This document shows positions 54,528 through 64,000 of a stretch of DNA of 64,000 nt, piece after piece. A program made the position numbers and the translations under genes. The notes under the pieces were generated by a model. The model had not been told where the DNA came from. It saw only the letters and a program-made list of their open reading frames with translations, and made no database searches. The first letter of the stretch is position 1. Each line of letters opens with the position of its first letter. The DNA comes from Octopus bimaculoides (Eukaryota), in contig NC_068998.1 of assembly GCF_001194135.2 (NCBI RefSeq), forward strand, positions 14,970,460 to 15,034,459, written 5' to 3'.

Positions 54528-56308
54528 GATTATATTTCGGGACGGCCATTTTTTTATTTTTTTCCAAATAAACACATGCATTATATATTCTTTCTTCATT
54601 CGTTATTAGTTTTCTTATTTTAACTGTTGTTTTAACTGTTGTTTTAACTGTTGTCCATTGTCCGAAAATCTTTTTTCACATACCTGTGAGCTCTTCAGCG
54701 ACACTTTCCGTCCTCGTGTATGCTCCTGCTTCACTTAGTCCATTCCGTTCTTCTGTGATGTGTATCCTTATATATGCATGCGTTTGCGTCTGTATCTGTG
54801 TCATATCCCACTAAACGCTTATTGTTATTTATTTGTATTAAAACGTATAAACGTGTAAGCGCGTGAACTTAGGTATATTACTTGCGTGTGTGCAATTTTT
54901 GTTATAGTTTTTAACTCTGGTCTTTCTTACTTATATTTTAAAATATCCGTTGGCCAAAACAGTTCTAGTTCTTACACAGACTCAACATTGCATTAACATG
55001 ATCCTATATCTCTTTTTTCCTATTTCACATTCTTGTTATCCGACACAGACTCTCTGAAGTCGTATTGCAATATTCCTTTTGTTAATACCATTTTTACAGT
55101 TTTATTAATTTTTTCCACTAAAGAGAATGGTAATACCTAATTAAATTTAATTTAATTTAATTATTATTTAAATTATGGCTATAATTATTTCAATTTTTTC
55201 CTTGTTTTCTTACATGTCAGTATTATCATTCGAAACGATCGTCTGGATTAAAACTTTATAAAACTTTTAACATCTTCACATCTGCATTTTTAACTGTTAG
55301 TTGGGTTTATATAGAATTTTATCTTATAATACTCATAACACATTTTTAATTTACATACACACACACACACACACACACACANNNNNNNNNNNNNNNNNNN
55401 NNNNNNNNNNNNNNNNNNNNNNNNNNNNNNNNNNNNNNNNNNNNNNNNNNNNNNNNNNNNNNNNNNNNNNNNNNNNNNNNNNNNNNNNNNNNNNNNNNNN
55501 NNNNNNNNNNNNNNNNNNNNNNNNNNNNNNNNNNNNNNNNNNNNNNNNNNNNNNNNNNNNNNNNNNNNNNNNNNNNNNNNNNNNNNNNNNNNNNNNNNNN
55601 NNNNNNNNNNNNNNNNNNNNNNNNNNNNNNNNNNNNNNNNNNNNNNNNNNNNNNNNNNNNNNNNNNNNNNNNNNNNNNNNNNNNNNNNNNNNNNNNNNNN
55701 NNNNNNNNNNNNNNNNNNNNNNNNNNNNNNNNNNNNNNNNNNNNNNNNNNNNNNNNNNNNNNNNNNNNNNNNNNNNNNNNNNNNNNNNNNNNNNNNNNNN
55801 NNNNNNNNNNNNNNNNNNNNNNNNNNNNNNNNNNNNNNNNNNNNNNNNNNNNNNNNNNNNNNNNNNNNNNNNNNNNNNNNNNNNNNNNNNNNNNNNNNNN
55901 NNNNNNNNNNNNNNNNNNNNNNNNNNNNNNNNNNNNNNNNNNNNNNNNNNNNNNNNNNNNNNNNNNNNNNNNNNNNNNNNNNNNNNNNNNNNNNNNNNNN
56001 NNNNNNNNNNNNNNNNNNNNNNNNNNNNNNNNNNNNNNNNNNNNNNNNNNNNNNNNNNNNNNNNNNNNNNNNNNNNNNNNNNNNNNNNNNNNNNNNNNNN
56101 NNNNNNNNNNNNNNNNNNNNNNNNNNNNNNNNNNNNNNNNNNNNNNNNNNNNNNNNNNNNNNNNNNNNNNNNNNNNNNNNNNNNNNNNNNNNNNNNNNNN
56201 NNNNNNNNNNNNNNNNNNNNNNNNNNNNNNNNNNNNNNNNNNNNNNNNNNNNNNNNNNNNNNNNNNNNNNNNNNNNNNNNNNNNNNNNNNNNNNNNNNNN
56301 NNNNNNNN

Positions 56309-56341
<33 letters not shown>

Positions 56342-59300
56342 ATACATAAACTGCAAATGAATTGCACGTGACTTTGATTTTTTTAATTATTTTTGTAAAT
56401 AGGCATTAAATGACAAAGCTTTAGTTTGATTCTCTGCAAACCAGATAATACGTGAAGTTTACATAGGATCTGGAAGGAACAATTAGCTTGGTATGTGACA
56501 GAATAGATTGCTACTAGAAAATGGCGGTCTCGTTCAAATTAAATTTTCTATTTCTTTCGTTGATCAGCAGTTTACACATGAAATGAATTTAGCCTTAGCA
56601 TGTGCCATGTTGACAGTAATTATCTTTCTTAATAGAATGTGTGTTGTTTTTGCTGCTATTTTTTGGTCATTATGGAATGACAAAAAGTAGTTGATTGAGA
56701 GTTACTTCAAAATAAAATTCATATAATAGGATAAAAAATAATAATTGCACGAGTTTTGTAATTTGCTTAGTAAATCAGCTAATTTGGCCGATGTTAACAC
56801 TTAAATTGGATGATCATGTAATCCATTTTAATCATAGAATTCTTTGAAATCATTCAGTTGATTGACCCTTTAAATTTTTGTTTGGTCTGCTACCTTACCG
56901 TGAACGATTTCAACCTTCCACAGTACTTTCTTCTTAGAACGCCGTAGGGTTCTCCCAGATTGTCTTACAATATTAGTTGTGAAATAGCTTACAAAATGAT
57001 AGATTTCTTTCTATAAATTTCTGGGAAAGCATACAAGAAACTACAATTTTTACAGTCATTGAATCTTGTATAAACGAACTAAAATTTTATTTGTCTTTTA
57101 TTCATCACAATCTAATGTCCTCTAGAGCTTCTCTGAATTTCACGACGCCAATTCCCCAAGACATTACCCCTCACTCTCTTTCCCTCTCTCCCCCTTTCTC
57201 TAATTAGTGTGACCATAGAAAACTTAGAGTTAAGAACTGAAAGAATTAAACACGCAGCAATTATACATTGCTTCTATTCCACAAACCGCTGTATTGTATA
57301 TGTTTATTATCTCTAATTATAGTTGTGTAAGCAAAGCTATTCGTATTAAAATGTCAATATACGAGAGATGGTTGAGTTCTAATTAAACTTGATATCGCGA
57401 ATGTCTGATATATATTTCGTCTTTTCTTTTTAACCTGTGACTTATGCTCTATTATTTCTACACAGTTAAATTAAAGATAGTTAAATTAAAGATATTTATC
57501 AATAAATACATTACAAATAAACTGCAATTCAGGCAGGTCATTATAAAATATTTATCTGTAATAAACTTTTCGTTGTTGCACCGCCTGATATAAAGTCGTT
57601 CTGAAATATCAGTCAGAACGGTATAGCTCTTTAATGAAACAAATCACTTATTGGACCAATTGGAAGAAACACCATTACATGATATGGTTGCAAAGCTCTT
57701 TCTAATACAATATTGTATCATTCACATTTTTCTCATCGCCTCCATTCTTTAAACATTTTCTCAACCATGAACTACTAGAATTAAATTTACAATCATAAAT
57801 TCTAAAGACGACATTCCAATTTTAATGACATGATGCACACAGCTTGAATGCCAACGAAACAATAAACTGAGCATGTAATCAGCAACCTTCAAGCTATTTT
57901 TTCCTTACGTCATTATCTAATTCAAATCTGTCTGAAGAATAACAACTGTATTTGATTGTGTTTTGGTTCCATATCTCCTATCTAAATACTGTTCTACAAC
58001 AGTCTGAGCTTAGTTCAAGACGAATTAAGTTCATTCACTCATTTTGTTGCTGTCTGAAAGAAAGGGGAAGTGCCCTTAGTCTTTGCAGGTTTTCGATGTC
58101 TCCGGTAAGAATTAATGCCATTAATGCTCGACTGGAACCGTTGCAAGTCAATATTTGTGTGATATTTGAGCAGATAGTGAATTGTAGAGGACCAATGTTG
58201 TGAGAGTGAAAGACTGTGCACGAGAGTAGACGCAATAAGGCTAATGAGTGGAGGAGACACAAGTGGTTCAGGAATGCTTGACTCCAATATTTGGAGCTAT
58301 TTGGAACACATCCTCTGAATGTGCATGATTAAAGATTAAGCTCATAGTTAAGGAGTATGTGGTGTGATGATGTTTTCTTGATATGAGTATTGTTTCTAAG
58401 GGATTTTGTTGAGAGAGACAAGAAAGTTTAAGTCGACCTTGACGGCATTTCAACTAAGATCATATTGCCGGAAGAAATGCCGCTGCCAGCATGCCGCAAC
58501 GAAAATTTGAAAAATAATTTCAGTTTGTTGGACCTGTCAGTATTTGTTCTTAAGAAATATAAGCACTAAGACTATAGTAGAAGATACTTTCCCAAAATTC
58601 CACGCGGTGGGACTGAACCTAGAACCATGTGTTTGGGAAGCAAACTTGTTACCACAAAATCATAATTACTCTGTATTTTTTCACCAGTAGATTAAAGAAC
58701 TGTCCTTCACAGATTAATTAGCATAAATTATTCGTTTAATCTGAAAAAGGCAACATAGTGTTTACGTGTGGTTGATGTATTGTTGGGTAATATGTATTCT
58801 CAGATGCACGTTAGGTAATTATTGAGTGTCTGTTGTTTTGAAAGACATTGAAATTATCGATCAGAAGTGCATACACAACTAGTCATTTTAATTGCGATTC
58901 AACTAATCATTTCAAATTGCCCCCCAAATGTAAACCTGAAAATAAATATATAACTAGTGTATGCTCTATGGCCTATTAACACCGGTTATTTCCTAATCTA
59001 TCGACCGTTATTCTTGATCACTAACAAAACAGGAGTTCGTGTCTAATAATAACATAAAATTACTAATTAACACTTTAAAAGATATTAAAATTTTATTTTA
59101 GAATTAATTTAACTTTAATTGGAAATCCTTTTAAAAATGGAAGTACGTGAATATTAGTTGTTATGATTAGAGTTTATTGATCTAATTGAAGGGAGAAAAA
59201 GCCTTAGAACAATGAAAGTCTTAAACTGCCAAATTTTCGATCCGATTTCAATTTCCATTCCCCTCCCCCCTCCTAACATTTATTTACTTAAGGCTCAAAC

Positions 59301-59732
59301 AAACTGGCACTTCTTCGGTTACTACGACGAGGGTTCCAACCTGCTCGTAAAATTTTCACAGTATATATATAGATAGATATATATGCATACATGTATGTAT
59401 GTGTGTGCGTGTGTATGTATGTATGTATGTGTGTGTGTCTGTGTGTTTGTGAGTGTATGTGTCTGTGTACGTAAACTATAAAGAAAGTTGATGGGTAGAA
59501 ACTTTAGAGCGTTCGTATAAATGCCTTGCGATATATGTTCTGGTTCTGCGCTCCGAGTCAAGATTCACCGTGGTTATCTTTCCCTTTTATTCGTTTCCAT
59601 TAATAAAGAATATCCCACTCTAGTCATTAAGAAGCCATTTTGCCTTTAGCTTATACCTTCTGGATATTTCGTTGGCGAGATCGAGAATAAGTCGGTGGCT
59701 GCTCACGACATGACCACCTAAAGTCGTTAGCA

Positions 59733-60090
59733 CACGTTAGCACGCCGGGCGAAATACTTGACGGCATCATTTCGTCTGTGTTTCCGTTTTGGCCCCCTCC
59801 CCCAAAATTTCGGGCCTTGTGCCTAGAGTAGAAAAGAATATTAACCGCAATTGTAAGGCAGCGAAATGGCAGAAACGTTATCACGCCGGGCGAAATAGTT
59901 AGCGGTATTTCGTCAGTCTTTACGTGCTGAGTTCAAATTCCGCCGGGGTCGACTTTGCCTTTCATCCTTTCGGGGTCGATAAATAAAGTACCAGCTGCGT
60001 ACTGGGGTCGATCTAATCGACTGTCCCCTCTCTCCAATAATTTCGGGCCTTGTGCTTAGAGTACAAAAGAATATTAACCGCAATTGTAAG
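59733..60090 (+). mobile_element. Deleted SINE A copy followed by a full-length SINE A flanked by a 17-bp direct repeat
   Basis: ttaaccgcaattgtaag at 59841-59857 and 60074-60090. Confidence 0.9.
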
Positions 60091-61584
60091 TGACGCCCAT
60101 ATGTTTTAGTATCTATTCAGAAGGAGAGAGAGAGAGAGAGAGAACGTGAGCGAGCGAGAGAGACAGACATAGGAGAGAGAGGGATAGATACATACGTAAA
60201 AACACACGCACATACAGACAAGCAGATAGACAGACATACGCGTGTTTATGTATGCATGCATGTAGGTATGTATGCATGCCATTCATATATAGGCATAGTT
60301 ATATATATACACTATTTACATATATACAACTATCTGTATATCAGCTTCATCATAATCTTTTCAGTGATATGATGTTTATACTTGTGTTCAATTAATGCGT
60401 ATTATACACATCTTATATCTTACAACAAGCTTTCCAGCCTGTATTTCCTGTCTAGTTTTCACAAACTAATTCTCGATTCTGTTTACCCAACTCTAAACAA
60501 CAAACACAATGTAATTATAATTGCGAGTAGCTGTTTATTACATAAAGAATGTAAAGTCTATTTACACCGTAACAATTTCTCACGTCCTCTCCATCACTTT
60601 CTTCATCGTTTCCTTTCGTTCCTATATATTTTCTTTCCAACATTGTTCATTCACCAAAATAAAAGAAAGCTTAGCGACCACTACCAACATCCGGAATGCA
60701 ATGTGGTCTGTGGACTAGGATTTATTTTCCGATAATCTACATTTTAGCTATATATATTTTTTAGACATATTTCATCTTAATAGAGATATAGGTGAGCTTT
60801 ATTGAGAGATATGTGAGCTTAAGCTTAAAAATATATCAAAACTGATGTTTTGACTACCTCTTTAAGAAGAAGAAAAACAACAGATGACTTTTTGTGATAG
60901 GATTGCTTCATATCATAAACGACATTATATAATAGAAAAAAATAACATTATTAATAATGCTGAACGAAAGAAAAATAATCGAACATTTAAATATATTAGC
61001 TTGACATTTTACTGCATAGTATGATAAAAATGTAAAGCAAGCAAAATATAAAAAGAAAACGCCGTTCTGACATTATCAAGGAAAATTCAAGACGATTTGG
61101 CGATGTACCGGGGACAGTGAAATTGGAAGCGTGTATTGGTTATTTGAATCTGATTACTATTACTATATTTTAGAAAGATTGCATATCTTACATAATTGGA
61201 TCTTAGATTCACACTGAATTGAAGAAAATTTATGAGAGACTGGGTAAGAGAGGGGTATAGATAGTGACTGAGAACAGAAAGAATTTGAAAGCATTTATGA
61301 TGAATAAAATATTACAGAAGATATTGCAATGAGCGAATATCACACAGTCAAATCTCAGAGCAATTTTTGTTGTATAGAAAAAACATTTCCTTTGACTTTT
61401 GTGAGCAATTCCACTGAAAAATGCATGAATGTAAAAGCTTACTGTTTTTTGAGGTTGTTTTTTCTTCTTTCGTTAAAATAGTGTCTACACACCTTGTCTA
61501 ACTAATCTGTTGATGCAGCTGTTCAAGAGAAACACTGAGTCAATTTCACCAGTCAAAATAATAAATAAAATAATAAATAAACGG

Positions 61585-61790
61585 TAGGCGTGGCTTTGGT
61601 GCTTAAGAAGTTCGTTTCTTAATCAGGTGGTATCACGTGTTCGGTTCCACTGTTTGACATCTTTGGAAAATGTCTTCCCTTATAGATTTGGACCGGCCAA
61701 TGTTTTGTGAGTGACATTGATAGAATGAAACTGTACAGACACCCGCCATGTGTATTTGTGTGAGTGTGTGTTATATAAAAACAGTGTCAG
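61585..61790 (+). mobile_element. SINE family B, diverged
   Basis: taggcgtggctttggtgcttaagaag...ggttccactg...gtgagtgacattgatagaatgaaactg. Confidence 0.65.
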
Positions 61791-61901
61791 TGTTTATGTC
61801 CAAGAATATAGTGGTGACAAATAATGATCATCAAAATAAGTAACAGACTGTAAAGCATAAGAATTAGGATCGATATAATCGACTAATCACCCTTCAAGTA
61901 C

Positions 61902-62118
61902 AAGGCGGCGAGGTGACAGAATTGTTAGCACATCGGGCAGAATGCTTAACGGCATTTTGTCCGTTTTTACGTTCTGAGTTAAAATTCCGATGAAGTCAAC
62001 TTTACCCTTCATCCTTTCGGGGTCGATAACATAAGCACCAGTTGAGCACTGGAGTTGATATAATCGACTTAAACTTTTCCTCGCCAATGCTGGCCTTGGG
62101 CCAAAATTTGAAATCAAT
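61902..62118 (+). mobile_element. SINE family A, full length
   Basis: aaggcggcgaggtgacagaattgttagcac...gccttgggccaaaatttgaaatcaatat. Confidence 0.88.
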
Positions 62119-62661
62119 ATCACAAAATTAAAATTTAGTTGTTTCAAACACTGCATGATGTTTGAATTCAGAAAGGGTTCTTCAGCAGTCGGAGCAGTAA
62201 GAAATACTTTTTCTGTCTATTAAATGAAGTTTTGAATGTCGAGACATGTCAATGATTGTTTGGCCCAAGAAATTTTTCTCTTGCAGATTCCCTTCGATTA
62301 GACCGATCAAAATCTGTCAATATCTGTTAATTAGAATCATATTTCGATCATAAAACATCTTCATGAACTAGGAAGAAGGTATACACTTGATCAGTTGGTC
62401 GTTCCTCATCAGACCGCTTCCCAGCTTAATGAAAGCGTTGTCCTCTGCTCGCCAAGGAAGAGTAAATTTGCTATCTAACCTTCTTGGGGTAATCATAACT
62501 AGTGATAAAAAGTAGGTTCCCTATAAGCATTTCCAACGAAAAATGTCAATGTTAAGCACTCAGCGAAAAAAGAGAATACATTCCGGAACATGAACTACAC
62601 CCGAAAGCAATCGTTTTGTGTTTAGTGAGATATGAAACATGTCGTCTGTCCTGAAGAGTTA

Positions 62662-63164
62662 AACTGATCGTTTTTCTGAAAATCTCGCAGATGTTAGTGA
62701 TGAACAAGGCGAACGATTCCATCAGGACATCAAAGAGATGGAAACTCGATACCAAGGGTGTTGGGATGCTGTGATGATGGCAGACTATGGCTGGTGTTTA
62801 CAACGAGATACTCCTGTTGCTCACCATTCACGGTGCACAAGGATACATAAATTTATTCCTTGAAACTTCTGCACTTGTTGAAAATGCACATTGGCAAAGA
62901 TGTTTGCATCTTTGTTAATGTGCATTTTCAACTTTGAATTTTTATTTGTACTTTGGTTTGTTTTATATTACGCTCTCTTTATTGATTCATATTATGTGCC
63001 TCTTGTATGAATAAAATACTTACTCTCTCTCTATCAGATCTAGTCAGAAGACTAGATCTGATAGAGAAAAACTGAAGTTATTTTTTAATTTAGCAGGCAA
63101 ACCATTTAAGAATTCGTTGAAATATTCCAGGCAACAGACAAAAACAATTTTTTGTTGCCCAGTG
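62662..63164 (+). mobile_element. Chapaev3-like (CMC) DNA transposon 3' end: transposase C-terminus and terminus ...gttgcccagtg
   Basis: RFSENLADVSDEQGERFHQDIKEMETRYQGCWDAVMMADYGWCLQRD; ends in GTG followed by tta. Superfamily label is from recall of this motif. Confidence 0.7.
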
Positions 63165-63631
63165 TTATTAATTGTGAAGACGTTAAAAATTATATTAAGT
63201 GTTTCTTTGTTCGAAATCGGAGGAGGAGGAGGAGTGGGAGGGCAAGAAGGGTAGGGATGATAATCATCACCATTATCCATCCACCACCGTCAGCACTACG
63301 CGGTTAATATCATCGCCATGACCACCATCATTAATCGGCAGGAGCATTATCATTTTTATCCCCATTCACATATTTATTGCCATTATCACGCCGCATCATA
63401 AAGGTTCTAATTACTTTCTCATGACTAATTAAAAGAGATTCCGTGAGAACAAACATCTGGATCGCGGACGCACATTATTTTAGAAATTGTATCCTAGTCG
63501 TCATTGCTGAAATCCTTCCTTCGCCAATATAATTAATATCTATTTGTCTTGCAACACCTCTCTATGACTATTTCAGACATCTAAATCATAATTCTATTAC
63601 TGTGCTCTATACACGCCTACATGTGTAGGCG

Positions 63632-63671
<40 letters not shown>

Positions 63672-63672
63672 T

Positions 63673-63716
<44 letters not shown>

Positions 63717-64000
63717 GTTCAGTAGTTTTATTTTTATAACGTGCTTTCACTTCACTACCGAGCGCAGCTCTGTGCGCCTTGGGTATGTGCTGTGGTTTGC
63801 TGTGGTGCTTTTATGTTTACTGTATTGAAAGTGTTTTGCGTAGAATGTATGCAGTACCCAGTAGTGCAATTTTCTGTATGTTACATATATTTGTAAGTCC
63901 TGGTATTTTTGTTATGTATTTGTCTGAGTATTTTTTAATTATACCTAAGGCACCTACTATGATAGGAATTGTTTCTGTTTTTAGACTCCACATTCGAGTT
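63632..64000 (-). mobile_element. R4/Dong LINE 3' end (third lineage) with (AAT)n tail; runs off window
   Basis: TRMWSLKTETIPIIVGALGIIKKYSDKYITKIPGLTNICNIQKIALLGTAYILRKTLSIQ* (stop 63817-63819); ~100-nt 3' UTR; (ATT)n at 63632-63717. Confidence 0.9.

Noticed and set aside
58100-58115. 16-nt interval between ctttgcag| and |gtaaga (possible microexon); similar ones at about 15600 and 61208
   Set aside because: Such motif pairs are expected by chance in 64 kb and cannot be supported without transcript data.

Overview
AT-rich, repeat-dense eukaryotic DNA from a gapped short-read assembly (14 N-runs, most next to microsatellites or duplicated sequence). The SINE families and microsatellite load point to an octopod cephalopod, probably Octopus (inference, not a database result). 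I see no intact protein-coding gene, rRNA, true tRNA or CRISPR array. The long ORFs in the track are N-gap or microsatellite artefacts. The window is mostly transposon remains. There are about 30 copies or fragments of four tRNA-derived SINE families (called A-D here). There are four R4/Dong-type RLE LINE 3' ends, each ending in (TAA)n, and one Tx1/L1-clade LINE 3' end. Two abutting Penelope-like GIY-YIG fragments come from different clades. DNA transposon relics include Tc1, mariner, Chapaev3-like and a hAT-like end. A few isolated splice-bounded exon candidates may belong to a large-intron gene, but none is identifiable. The best observations are: a SINE-A variant whose 3' tail matches the 3' end of the Tx1-like LINE in the same window (candidate SINE-Tx1 partnership); several R4/Dong lineages using TAA repeats, including a SINE tail; an internally deleted Dong copy whose junctions could reflect splicing; and two long foldback hairpins whose mismatches favour the minus-strand RNA.
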